A stretch of 64,000 nucleotides of DNA, taken from Kondoa subrosea. Lineage: Eukaryota. The notes beneath the pieces were generated by a model. It was given only the letters and a program-made list of their open reading frames with translations. It had not been told where the DNA came from and did not search any database. Location of the stretch: assembly GCA_039545335.1 (NCBI GenBank), contig BCIN01000001.1, positions 3,599,136 to 3,663,135 on the forward strand. The letters are read 5' to 3'. Position numbers and translations under genes: made by a program. This document shows positions 1 to 13,057 of this stretch, in pieces (position 1 is the stretch's first letter; each line of letters starts with the position of its first letter).

Positions 1-707
1 AGCCCTTGTATCTATGTCCGCCTTGTATCTCCTCCAGCTTAGTGCAAGGCAAATTCAAAGTCATATGCAACACTCCTGCTTATGTCGACGAGAACGAATG
101 GATCGCTCATTGCTTGATCGATCTATACACTCAGCTCAACAGCTTCTTTTCTTTTCTCAGCGCCGCCTGTACAGAGAAGACTTGTCCTGAGATGGCTATT
201 GGGCCCGAGTACGTATTCTTCGCTGAAGGCATGCGACAGTAAAAAGCTCACTGAAATCCAAAGCTTCAACGTGTATTGGCGAGACGCAAGAGAAAGACCA
301 GCTTATACTTACATCGACTCCACGCTAGCTTGGATTCAGTCTCTGTTGATCAATAAAACTGTTTTCCCAACAGAAACAGGAAGAGAGTTTCCAGCAGAAG
401 TACGTTTCTTCCGAAATTCCGTTAGAAAGCTTCAGCTGACCAATAAAGCTGTGTGTAGTTCCTCGCAGTCGCCAAAAGGATCTACTTGCAAATGTTAAAT
501 CTCTTCTCTCATATTTACTATGCCCATTTCGAAGCTCTCCTGCACCTAAAGTGCGAATCCCATTTCAACTCCCTAACAGCACATTTTTTGACTTTTGGTT
601 TGCTCAATGGCTTGGTGGAAAGGGATTGCAGGGAATTGAACAGGAGATCGAGAAAGGGTGAGCGCAATCGACCGTCATTCATGACCCAGCTCATTCTGTT
701 GTATTGA
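1..707 (+). CDS. MOB kinase activator family protein (Mob1/Mob2-like), 5'-truncated, spliced
   Basis: Joined ORFs give LVQGKFKVICNTPAYVDENEWIAH...CTEKTCPEM...YIDSTLAWIQ...VFPTETGREFP...FSHIYYAHF...HFNSLTAHFLTF, the Mob1/phocein signature blocks. Stop TGA ends at 707. Confidence 0.85.
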
Positions 708-845
708 AGGAGTGGTAATGGGCAAACTTCTGGACGCATGGGAAGAGCTTGGCATAGTAAAAGTATGAAGTTCACAGCAAACAGAGATCGTAATGTTGCG
801 TCAATTATACATTATTTCAGATACATTAGAGGAGAGAGAGTCCGT

Positions 846-3800
846 TCAAGCTGCACTCAGAGGCTGTCCTATCCTCGCTAAGAGTTCTTTGGTTACTGCT
901 TCATTTGTCGACCTGATTGTCAAACGACATAGCTATAGAACCGGTGTGAGCTACCTGAAATGTGGCCTGACGTGCGTTGAAACTCACTTTCGCTTCCGCA
1001 TTCGGTTCCAACCGCAACAGACATCCTACTTTCCCAGCAGAAGACATATGCAGTACAGCTGCGCCAACATGATTCGTTGGTTTTGGATCGATCCCTTCCA
1101 GTAATCCCATTTTCATGCCTGAAAGAATCTTAGAGTGTTTGCCCACGTTGATTTGACCTTCTTGGTCCAGTTTGATGGAATAGATCTGTTGACCTTCTCT
1201 AGGTGGTCCGCCTATCTGTTTCCACCGTTCGAAGAAATCGGCTTGATTGAGTTTGACTGGTTCTATAAACTTGCTTAGATAGATAGGTAAGCGGAATGTA
1301 AGGGTTTGTAGCGAGCCAGCAAGATAAGAGACGCGAAGAATAGGTGCTTCAGTAAAAATGTCTTTGCAGTCAACTTGAATTATTTGCTGGACCTGAGTCA
1401 TACCTGCTAAAGTGGAAGAAGGAATTTTGGGAAGAGTAACAGAAAGTGCTTCAGGTTGATTCACTTCGACTGTCACGGTGAAAGATTGGAAAGAGGCTGA
1501 AATTTTGTTGCCAAAGTAGAGTGCCAATCGACCAAGATGACCATGATATTCCGATTTCAACCCGATCTGAATCTGTGTGTCTTCGTATAACACGCCTTCA
1601 GCCATGTAGGAGAGTCGCAGTAAAGCTTTCTCCGCTCCGTGAGTGAAGATAGGTTCGGCTGGAACAGGTAGAGATTGTGCTTTTGGCGTTGTTGAGCGAA
1701 GAGGCGCTGCAGGTGTTGTAGATCCGTTCGTTTGCGGTAGGTTTGCGGAAGAACCATTGGTTAAAGGGGAAGTTTGAGGTGAAGGGGCAGAAAGATCTAG
1801 CTGCGCCAGATCAGACATCATGTCGGCTTGCGGTGCCGAAGCAGGAGTATCAACCAGCAGGGAAGTAGTATTAGTAGCAGGGGTATTCGATGTCGCTGTA
1901 TCCGAAGTCATCTTCTTTCGACCAAAGCCTCGATACCGATCTGCATCTTTGTCCTTGTTCACATCCTTTCCTCCAGCGTGCCAAGTATGTTTGTCACCAG
2001 CATCGTCATGTTTCTTCAACAGTCTGTTCAGCAAAGCACTTTCGCGTTCCGGGAAAGGCGGCATCTCGTCGCACACGACTTGCAATAGATCATCCCCATC
2101 TTTTTCCGCAATGGCAAGATATTCGCAAGCTCTTTGCTGAAGTTCGGCATCCAAGACGTATCGATACCTTTGAAAGACGGCTAAGATCTGAGCTCGAATT
2201 TCGGGGAACAGGTTGAGCCATTTGAAGTAGGTTGTGAGCAGAAGACCCCTTGTAGGCGGCGAGCAGACGTTTGACTTGGAGTGTAAGAGAGTGAATTGTT
2301 CAATAGGGCTCTATAGCGTATATCAGACTTTCAACTCATAGCAATTGCATATAAGAGCATGCGCACCAGACCAGGATCATTGGCTACCAAATGACCAAAT
2401 TCGCCCAGGATGTAAGCGCCGACTTTGATCAGGTTCTCATGCACAGTAGGGTTCTTGAGGTATCCTACTATTTTTCTCACGGCGTACTCTTGCAGCTCTT
2501 CGGTGTTTGTAACGATTTGAATGATTCTATACCAAACTTCTTCACCAACGTGATCTCCAGCTTGACTGATCAATTTGAGTGAGGTATCGAGATACCATTC
2601 ATATTCAGTCGCAAACTTTTCCGTCAATATGGCAATCTTCAAAACTAGTTCTTCCCTTAATGTGTAATCCGCTACATTGAGATAGCGTAATAGTTCTCCA
2701 ACGATTTGTTTGCTGTTTGTCGTATCACACATTGAGTATAGTAGATCAAGACCTCTTCTTCTAACTGAAATATCTTTGTCTCGTAACGAAAGGAAAACAG
2801 TTTCTTGATGTTTTTTGAGCGCTTCCAGACTTTCCGACCGAGCTGCTAAATGTGCCATAGTGTCAAGTCCAAGATATCTGACATTCGTTTCTTTGCTGAG
2901 GATGAATCGACCTAGGAGTTGAGCTGCGGAAGTGACGATGGTCGACTCGGTATCGAGGTGAATTGCTAAGTTGATGGCTTCGAAGAGAACAGCGTTCAAA
3001 GCATTACTGTGCTGAACATTGCCAGGCTTCTCTTGTGAGTTATTGAGGATAGTTTGCAGGACGTTGTGTAGCATTAATCGGACAGTTGGGTCATCTGCCT
3101 CGCAAGGTCAGATTGAACGAGTTCCCAACGAAATTCCAGCAACGCACCTGACGGAGGATAGTATTGCAGTAGGCGAAGAAGCTTGACTTGCAACCAAGGG
3201 ATGGGTACTTTATAGTAGATATATTCGTGCGCAACTTCATGATCAACAATAACCTATTTCGGTAGGTTAATATCATGGCATCTGATTGGAGAAGAATTCA
3301 TGCACCTTGCTGAGCCTGTAGACTGCTTTCTGGTAGCACACTGCGAAAGCTTCGAGATGATCTTGCGCCAGAGTCATTACGAGACTAGTAACCGCCAATG
3401 CAACTCCCTGGACTCATCATCAATCGATATTCAGGCATACGGTCATCACACTGACCAGATCTGCATCATCCATTAGAGATACAATTCTCAGCGCCCATTC
3501 AGCAGCAGGTATTGATTCAGGATGTTTCCTGTATAGTCGCAGTAAAGTCAATGCCGCCTTTTTCTTAACAAACGTTGGTGAGGTGCTAGACGGAACGTAT
3601 TAGCACATCTTATTAGAGCAATACATCAATATAGCGACCTACGGACTGATGAGCAGGCGATGTACGTCCGGACTTAGACTTTCTGCCATTTCACTTCCGC
3701 CAATATTAGCAATCGCATGAAGAGCCAAACAATTATTGGTATCATTCATTTCATCTAGATCTTTTCGTATCGAGTTGACTACCAGTCGTACTATATCGGA

Positions 3801-4393
3801 ATCTTCGTGCATAAGTAAGGTAAGAGCGAGATAGCCCTATTGGAGGTACTGAGCGATTTCAAGATGAGGAAACACAAGCAGACGCACAATCTGCTTCTCG
3901 CTGTACTTCGTACTTGATATGAGGTTGACTGCTTCCATATGCCCGATATCAACAGGATAGCCCAATATATAGGTGAAGACGATTTTCGAAAGGCTGGAGA
4001 ACACATTCTCAGAGAAGTGTAGCAGTTACGATAGTCTCTCACGCACTATTTCTTCTTCTGCAAGCGGGTGAAGAGTCGCTGTCAGCTCGTAAGACAATTA
4101 TAAGCTGCAACGCAATGCACCTGATATCCGTCCAAGTTTCCCTCTAATATTGAAATCAGACAAAGCTAAGATCCATTCAGTCGCACACGTAGCTTACCCT
4201 TGAATTTCTGCCTTATGTGAGCCATTTCCTTGTTGATCCTCTTCTCCTCCAATTCGCGTACTCGACAAGCTCTCAGATCCGCGATATACTGCCCTTGCAA
4301 TTCTCAACACGTCTACTTGGGAGAAATGTATAGGTGGGAGTAGCTTGCCTGACTGAGACCTCGCATATCTCCATTGCTGGTAGGGCCAACCAT
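846..4393 (-). CDS. APL3: AP-2 adaptor complex subunit alpha, multi-exon
   Basis: N-terminus MRGLSQ|YIADLRACRVRELEEKRINKEMAHIRQKFK; trunk motifs ETNVRYLGL and DKDISVRRRGLDLLYSMCD; appendage GVLYEDTQIQIG; ends GCLLRLEPN..|LCRLTIRSTNE..*. Confidence 0.95.
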
Positions 4394-4594
4394 GATGTGC
4401 GACAGATGATCAAAGCGGTCGAATAGAACGTTAATGCAGGTCTCCTCCGCAGACTACTCTGTAGGACACAGAGAACTAGGGTATACTTGCAGGCTGTATG
4501 GGTATGATCAGGCGACTTGCTCGTCTGAGGTTGAGCTCGAGAATTGCTGACAATTTCTGTTTTGCTCCTACCACGACGGAATTGTGTTTCAAGG

Positions 4595-6367
4595 ATGCCC
4601 GCAGACTCAACGATACCTTCTACAACGATACCAGATCCAGAAATGCCTTTGCAGAACGATAACCTACATTCTAAAGCTTCTGATCAGTCTGAGAGTCTCC
4701 CTGGACAAATGCAGGACTTGTCGCTGGCAAACAGGACAGCAACGGAGCAGATACATGTCGCTACATCTGAAGAACCTGTTACGAGTAATCCCCTGTCCGT
4801 CACATCCGCATGTGAAGAGGAAGACGAAGCAGACATCTATCCAGTCAAAGCAATTGATTTCCCACCTCTGCTCTCTGTAGCTGAACCAGAGCGTACTCGG
4901 CGTCTCATCGTTCTGCAAAAGAGCAATGGACCATGTTCTTTGATCGCGCTCAGCAATCTGTTGCTGCTCCAAGGCAAAATCAATCTACCTGCGCGCTATC
5001 ATTCAGAAGTCCCTGTGCGCTGCTTTTGATCTTCTTCCAAGTACGATCGCTGATGAATGGGAATACAGTATAGCGTTCTAGCGAATCTTGTCGCTGAATT
5101 CATTCTATCCAATTTATCAGAAGATGCAGAAAATGCAGCAGCTATTCTCTCTTGTCTGCCAAAGACCCGTTATGGTCAGTCCTAACACATTTTCTCGCTC
5201 CGATATTTCCAGCTCAGTTGGCAGGAGAAAAGGGTTGGAAGTGAACATAGGATTCGATTCCATCACTTCTTTTTTACCTTATTTGGATCATGGCGAACTA
5301 GCTCTCTTTAGCAAAGCAAATTTACAACTCGTCCATGGTTGGTTGATCGATTCAGCAGAAACGTTATCGATAATGCAGCAGAGGAAATGCATGAATTATG
5401 ATTCCGCTTCAAGTTTCTTAGCAATGGCTGACAGTTTGAGTGGACAAACTTTGGTCAATGGCGATGAAGCTAGCGAGGATACGATCGTGAGAGCTATTGA
5501 AGCGCAAAAGAAATGGACCGAGGAGGAAACCGAACTGGTCAAAGATTCATATTTCGTCAGAAACTTCTTGCAAGGTGCGCGTGCCTGCTTTGGAATGGGA
5601 GTATCTCAGGCTCATTCATCACACAGAATCTTCCAGTCAATTGACATATGCTGGCATGTTTCAAGTAAGCTTGTATAGACGAATTCAACAAACACTGGGC
5701 TCATTCAGTCTAGTTGTCGTCTGATCTCAAGCCCGGCTCCTTGTGCGCGTTATATAGAAACAATCATCTGTAAGAGCTCCTTCGCACGATTATCCGATCG
5801 CGTATAAGAACGGAACGCGAGACAGTTCTGTGTTATACAGTCGGCTTGAGCCAGAAGACTGCTTTTCACCTATGCCGGATGATACACTCTTTCAACTTGT
5901 GACGGATCAAACGTTCCAGTATGAAGAGAAGATAATTTGGGAATCTCTATCTTCGGTTGAAGGAGGGGATTCGACTTTCTACGATTCTGAACTCAGGCCT
6001 ACGCGGATGCATGGCGATACAGTTCGATACCGAGAGGCTACAGCAACAACAGAAGTAAATGCTGTAGAGGCCAAGTCAGATGTTGAGTGGGTCAAGAGCG
6101 AAACTTTCTTGTCCTAGGCGTTTTTTCATTGATTAAATCTTTTACAGTCATGCTCTGGCCTTACAAATGCAACAAGAGGAAGAGGATCGGTTCAACCGAC
6201 GCCAACAAGAAACGGCTGATCTTACAGCTACTGCACGCCAAGCATCACCGTTTTCAAATAGCAATCGGATCCCGCAAAATCCTGCTCCCCCACCATCTGG
6301 GAAAACGCTCAGACCTGTTACACCGCAAAAGAGCGAGAAGCGCAAGAAGGAGTGCATCATTGCTTGA
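4595..6367 (+). CDS. MINDY-family deubiquitinase (MINDY1/2, yeast MIY1-like)
   Basis: Catalytic Cys motif LQKSNGPCSLIALSNLLLL; LVHGWLID; SSSQLTYAG; His motif YRNNH|LSVLY; LFQLVTDQ..IIWESL. Also an MIU-like DHALALQMQQEE and a C-terminal CaaX (CIIA). Confidence 0.9.
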
Positions 6368-6919
6368 TTCGAGTCGCTTCCGCAGTAGCGGAGGTGTTCG
6401 CTGATTTCCGTTCGCGGCTGATTTCGCGCATCGCTTGGTTTTTGGGCGTTGATCTATTCCTATCATCATTGCCCAGATTATACCGGTGCACTGTGGACTG
6501 CACGTAATCATTAAATTCTGTCTCTCGAGTCCAGGTTTAAGCTACCGCGATCTGATCGGCTACGATCATTACCCGATCATTTGTTCGGGTGCCCGACTCG
6601 CTGCCGCTCGCTGGGCGGTGCTATTCTTTGTACCCCAACGTTTTGCTACTTCTTTATCTGGGCGCCCGCAATCATCGGATTTCCTGCCAGTATCTCTGGT
6701 CGACGTCCACCGTCGTTCTGTCAGTTTCTATTATCTGATTTCAGCATTTCAAACAACGATCGAGGCTCTTGAGTCGGCAAGTGTGGGGGATAATTCCACG
6801 TTAATCTGTCTTTGCGTCCACGAGACGTAATCCTTTCGCTTGGTCGGTGGTGGTCGTTTCTTCCGCCTCTTCCTCTCTACGTCAACGCTTTTCTTCTTGC
6901 TACCGCCGATTCCTTGTCA

Positions 6920-7901
6920 ATGACACCTAAATCTCAACCTGAAAGAAGAAGAGCAGCCATAGCCTGCGTGCATTGTCGGAGAAGGTAAGCAAGTTTAGTT
7001 GCTGATATAATCCCGCTCTGATCTTTGACCGCTCCGCTCCGCACAGGAAAGCGCGTTGTGACGGAGGAGATCCTTGTGGGAAGTGTGAGCAACTCAAGCG
7101 GGTCTGCAGCTACAAGCCGGTAACAGCGTAAGTTATCTAATTATGTATTACCTGATCCGTATTTCGTGATCGTTAATTGCCTCTATAACGCACAGTGCTG
7201 AGAACCAAGCGGCCAGGGAGAAAAAGCAGCTGGCAGCTACGAGTAAGCGAACTCACAAGCCATCTGGCAAACAAAAGAAAGAGCAGGTCAAGAAGGGGGC
7301 TGTGCCTGACTCGTCTTCTCCACCACTATCAACGGTTGAGCCTGCAACCTCGACATGGCAAGCCACCTCATCTTCTGCATCAGCTCAGAGAACTGCTAGC
7401 ATGTCAGAAGCAGAAGAAGAGGAAGACTGTGAATTTGAACTCGAACCCTCTCCAGACCACTTCTTGCAGCCTATCTCTCCTACCACCTCCAATTTCAGTC
7501 AACTTGAGTCCATGCACTCTCCTGGTCTCTCAATCATCAGCGATGTTCAGTCGGAAGAGGTATGGGAGGATCTTCTCACGCCCGACACTCCAATCTGTTC
7601 CTCTCTACCAGCAGAGAATCTTTGCAGCGTCGGCGCATGGCCACAATTCCAGCAAACAAGCAACTTTGGCCTGTCATTCCAATGTCCTCCTATGCCTTCT
7701 GACCGATCGCAGCCTTCTAATTTGACTGGCATGTCTTTCGAGAAGCCTTCAACTCTTCCTAGCTATGGCTACCCGCTTGTTTCTGCCGCAGTCCCTCAAA
7801 ACGATGCCTGGTCGGCCCAAAACCCTACGCAAGATACCTGGCAAAGCTATGGTTATCGGCCTGCAGAACCCTCGCCTTACAATTGGTCTGTTCGCGAATA
7901 G
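6920..7901 (+). CDS. Small Zn(II)2Cys6 transcription factor, 3 exons
   Basis: Spliced ATG6920 gives RRAAIACVHCRRR|KARCDGGDPCGKCEQLKRVCSY (CxxC-x6-C-x5-CxxC-x6-C). It continues in frame into the acidic Ser/Pro-rich ORF 7302-7901. Confidence 0.85.
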
Positions 7902-8261
7902 ATGCTGCGCACGGGTGCAGTAAGGGACATGTTGATAGGTGTCAATTGTTTTGGATATGTAAGCAGCTGGCCTTGCTGAAAAGTTACTTGGGTTGTAGAG
8001 CAATGAGATATTGGAACATACTTTATATACATTGTGCATCTGTGTACTAGGGATCGCAATGCTACTCGGATTGGTCCAATTGTTAGGGCGTTTCATAGAA
8101 ATTGCACACGAAAAATATATTATCCACACAACATGATAACGACAAGGTCTATCCGCAGTCAAATGTCCTTCACCGCATACCCGAATAGCCCGTTTGAGGA
8201 GCTAGGTCGAGCCTGTCTCATTGAATAAGCACGCAGTCGTCAAAAGAATAAGAAAATAAGC

Positions 8262-11200
8262 TTACTGCCAATGTCTCTTCAACTGGCTAGAAACAGCTTT
8301 GAAAGTAGAGTGGGCTCCTTTTTCCATAACGAGTGTAGCACTGCAGGCAAAGCCGTTGCTATTACGAGGAGACGAAAGAGGGTTGCCACTTATGTTTTGA
8401 GCTGTGAATTCGACCTTGAAGCGAACAGCTTTCAGAGATGTGGATGTTCCGGAGTAGTCTGTCAACACTATAAGATAAAGAATTTGCCCCAAAGAGAGGC
8501 AGACAGACCTCGCAATTCGTCGAAACGACACTTGAGACTAGCTAATCGCTCAGTCCCTTCAACGATGACTTGTCCACCGAAAGACTCCAAAAGCTTCTTG
8601 CACTCTGCCCTTGTAACGTCAGTCCGCTCATAAGATTGCAGGACGAATGTCTAAAACAGCCGAATCAGTCAATACCCTTACAAATTGAGGTAGAAGTGAC
8701 TTACCAACTGCTTCCAATTGAACAAACTTGCGAACCAGCTGCCTTTAGCAGCCGCAGGAGCAGGTGAGACAGACATAATTGGCGATACTAAGACTGGCGT
8801 TGCGGTTGAAGTAGGAGCTGGAAATTGATCAGCCACCAAACACTTATTGTATCTCGAAATGGATACCGACCTTTAGTCTTTCTAGGGATGCGGCCGTTGG
8901 AGACTCCTTGACCACCACCAAAGATATCCATCTGACCTCCAGTCTCGATAGCCAAGCCCAAAGGTTTGGGAGTTCCTGATTTGGCCAACTCTCTTCGAGG
9001 AGCAGAAGCATTCTCCTTGTCGCCGCCCTCTTGGTACCCGGGATAGGTTGATCGTGCGGGCACCACTGGCGCAGACATAGCTGCGAAAGCGCTGTTCGGT
9101 CTAGGTCCAGGTCGAGTTGCAGGCGGACGCGGAGGATTGCGAAGAGAGAGTCGACCAGGCACAATAGGACCTGCTGTGATTGCAGCGCTCCTATTCTCAC
9201 CAAGAGGTGTTGCAGCCATAATAGGGGATTGGAGTGATTGCGGACTGGCGGATTCCTCTTCTGCATCATCAAATTGATTGGCTTCATCTACTTCGGAAGG
9301 CGATTGCGTGTATGTGGAGCTAGCGAAAGATGATCTATCGCTGAGAGCAGGCGAAGGGAAAGGCAAAGTAGGCGAAGGCCGAGTCGAAATGGTCTGTAGC
9401 TGGTCAACGATATCATGGAAGAAGCGTTGCATGTCTGCGTTGCCAGTGTCTGGAATGTGAATAGACACCGTGGGCGAGCCGGGAGTTGGGAAAGTGCCAA
9501 CTTGCAGAACAGGTGAAGTAGCAACTGAACTCGCCACTGAGGGAGGACGAGAAGATCGAGTAGTAGTTGGTTCCGCTTCTGCTGCATAGTAAGGAGACGC
9601 TTCTTGCAAAGTGATGGATGGAATCTGTTTGCGAGGTGTTTCTCGTGCTTTGACTGGAGAAGGTGCTTGCGGTAAAGGTCGTGGCGAAGGCGGGGGTACT
9701 CGAGCAGCGGTGTTGGGTGCAGGAACAGGAGGAGCTGGTCTTGTGGCTTGAGTTGGATAAGCTACTTTGGGTCCGGCTGAAGGTCTGGCTGGCTTCTCTT
9801 CTCGAGTAGAAATGACTGAACTGGTGGCTGACGCTGTGGCTTCTGGCTTGCCGGCTTCGATCTGACGACGTTCTGCTGTCCGTGTTGTCAGCGAGCACCG
9901 ACTAAAGCTAGAAACGGATGACATACCAGAGGTTCTGCGTTGAGGTTGTGCAATTTCAACATCCTCCTCTTCCATATTGAAATTCTCCAGATGCTTCGTG
10001 CGGTAACGAAGAAGCAGAATATAGAAGACCTTTTGCCATGATTTGCTGTTACAAGTACCGTCAGTTTGCAAACGAGTCTCGATAGACCAGGACTTACGTA
10101 TTTGAGGTCAAAGTTTTTACTATCTCAGCCTCTGAGGTACCATGCCAAAGGGTCTTTAAGTTGGACAAAATATCAGGATCCAGCTCGTCAACTCTGCCAA
10201 TAGGCCTTTCCATCTGATCAGGCGTAGGTGGTGCGATTACATCTCCAACTGGACGTGGCTTCTTGCGAGTAAACCAAGGGTGAACAACGATTTGTTCCAT
10301 CTAGGCGAGCGAATTAGCCAAAATTCAATAAGCCATCAAACAACATACAGTGATGCGCTTGGCTGGATCCACATCCAACATGCGACGAATGAGATCTTTC
10401 GCTGCTTCCGGCAGTTCTGCAGGCATGTTGAAACGGCCAACCTTGACTTTAGCCAAAAGGTTTCGAATGTTTTCATCGTCGAAAGGTAAGCGACCCGTCA
10501 GGAGAGCGAACAGAATGATACCACACGACCAGATATCGGACGAGGAACCATGGTAGGTGAGACCCTGATGCTTTTATCAGAAAGCGACAGCAACATTCAA
10601 ACAGGTACTTACCGATACTATCTCGGGACTTGCGTAGTGTGGACTACCACAGCTCGTCTCGAGAAGCTTATCGTTACGTTCCAAAGCGGCCATACCAAAA
10701 TCGGCAATCTTGATGTTGCGCTCACGATCGAGTAGCAGATTTTCAGGCTTCAGATCTCGGTGGCAGATATTGAAACGGTGGCAGTAGTCAACGCCAGCGA
10801 TACTAGAATTGGAGTGTGAGTTCCAGAGCGAAGAAAGTTGAGAAGACAACTAACATCTGCTGGAAATAGTGCAAAGCTTCGTCGGCGTGCAAACGTCCTC
10901 GGCTGACCAGGTAGTCAAATAGTTCACCGCCTTCGACATACTCCATGACCAGATATCTGCACAACAATCAGTACCGAGCTCCCAAATTCGCTAGTCTGGG
11001 TGCTTACAGCTCGCTACCAGTTTCCCAAACATCAAACAATCGCAAAACGCTTGGGTGTTCTATGAGTTTCATGATGACGATCTCCCTTTCTATTCCTAGA
11101 AGCAGCTTGTCGGCTTTGGCTCCTGCTTCGTTGATGCTGAGCCGACTGGAAAGTAGAGCATGTTTGGGTACGATTTTGACAGCGGCCAACTGCGAAGTGT

Positions 11201-11512
11201 GAACATGTTTGGCAATCTTGACTCGTCCTGATACGATCGAGTAAGCCTAGGAATCGGAAGCACTTAGAATGCGGAAGACTGACCACTACTGCCTTTGCCA
11301 ATCGTTCGTCCGATTCTCCAAGGGCCAATCATCTTTGGATCCCCTTTTTCGCCTTTGCTGGTTCTGCTGCTAGTTGTGGCAGAAGAGTGACCTGAGGTTT
11401 TTCTAGATGCAGTATTGTTATTTGCACCTTGTCTACCGGAAGGTGCAGCGTTGGCAGAAGGTCTACTTGGCTCTGTTCGCCTTTGCGTTGGTTGTGGTGG
11501 TGAGTGCGCCAT
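8262..11512 (-). CDS. Nim1/Gin4/Hsl1 (BRSK-like) Ser/Thr protein kinase with C-terminal KA1-like domain
   Basis: [73 protein letters not shown]-terminus has [19 protein letters not shown]. Confidence 0.9.
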
Positions 11513-12096
11513 GGTAGTCGTTAGAATGTCTTCGTAATGTTTGAAACTCGTAAACAAAGCAAAGCAATCGTAAAGTTTGTTAGAACGAAATCGGTTTGAA
11601 GGAAGTTCGTTAAAACCGGTATAGCTGGCAGAGAGTAGGCCAGTGACTAGTGTAAAGGGTTCAAAAGAGTGTGGGTGCTGGTGGTGCGGCCTTAGAAGTG
11701 TTGTGAAGAAGCCAACAGTCAAGAAATTGTTTGTTGTGTTATGCGACTAAAGTGTCGATCCAAACAATTTGCAGACCGAATCGTAATCCAGCTTTGCGCA
11801 GGCCGTTGAGCGACCGAAGAGTGGAGAAGAAAAGTGAAAAGAAAAACCGTAGGAAATAGAGCAAGAGTGAGAAGGGGTTCCGAAAGAGCGAACGAAACTG
11901 TAACCGTTGGATGTTTTGAAAGAGAAAAGGGCTTGGTCGCGTACAAGTCCGACGCGACTGCTCATCACTGCACGACAGTCAAAGCACTAATACTACTGCC
12001 AGCAAACAGTAGTCCAAGTCAGCGTTGCATAACAAGCCAGAAACACAAAGTCAAGAAGTTGCCTTCTTTTCGCACTCACCTGGAAAACTCGCAAAC

Positions 12097-12924
12097 ATGG
12101 CCTTTACTAGGGTGAGCAGTGTAGCTGCGTTGAGCAAAGAGCAGTGACTGATTCCAAGACAGAGTATGATGTGACTTTTTACCCTTTTGATCTCAGCAAT
12201 TTCGCTTATGCGCTTCATGACAGCGTCACAATGGCAAGCTTCTTGCTGGGTGCCGCGCTGCTTGGGCTAGCAGCAGATTGGGGTGTTTTATACTCAGGCG
12301 GAGCCACTCGAGCAGCTTATGACCATGCAGAGAGGTGAGTCAAGAATCGAGTCCCGCTTTCGCATCTGAAGCTACTTGTAGCTACTATTCGCTCTGGTGG
12401 AATGCTTCAATGGGCATGAAAGCACTTCTTCACGTCTTCGTAGGTCTGACGCTGCCGAAATTTATACCCTAACATTCTTTTCAGATGATCCTTCTAGCTC
12501 TGGGCCTCTCAATCAAGGTCGCTTTCCGATCTGAAAGAGCTCTCTATTTCGACGGAGGAAGTCTAGGTTAGTCTCTTGAAATCTATGCCTCTGAGTAAAG
12601 GTATACTCAAGGGCAATCAATCCAGTCTTTTTCGTTGCTGGTCTAGCAATGTATGGTAGCGTCATGCTTCCCGCGATTCAAATGTTGGGACCTGTGGACG
12701 AAGCTCAACCTTTTTACGTCACGCTATTCGGTCGTCCACCGCTGGTTCGCGACGAACTTGTTGGCATCGACCGCGATATGAATACACAGATACTCTGCGC
12801 CAGTAATACGTTGATGATTGCTGCTCTGGTTGGCATTATAGCATTACAAGGAGGCGATTGGTACGCGGAAAAGCAGGAAAAGGAAGCTCTGCAAGCACTG
12901 AATGTAGATAAGAAGTCGCAATAA
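12097..12924 (+). CDS. SHR3: Shr3-like ER chaperone for amino-acid permeases
   Basis: Four hydrophobic segments; ALYFDGGSL and ILCASNTLMIAALVGIIALQGGDWYAE match the Shr3 family. The 5' end is inferred through an 8-nt microexon. Confidence 0.75.
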
Positions 12925-13057
12925 GGGGCCATGTAGTGAGAGCGCTCTAGTATCACAATGTGCGCAATGACAACAACTAATAACGACTGAAATACACCAG
13001 ACTAAAATAAATGATGAACCCTATACATATGCCATAAAACCCCACAAACGAAAGATA

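Noticed and set aside
11513..11722. N-terminal extension of the kinase suggested by ORF 11264-11722
   Set aside because: It begins at a non-ATG codon and reads like UTR. ATG 11512 has a good context (ACCATGG).
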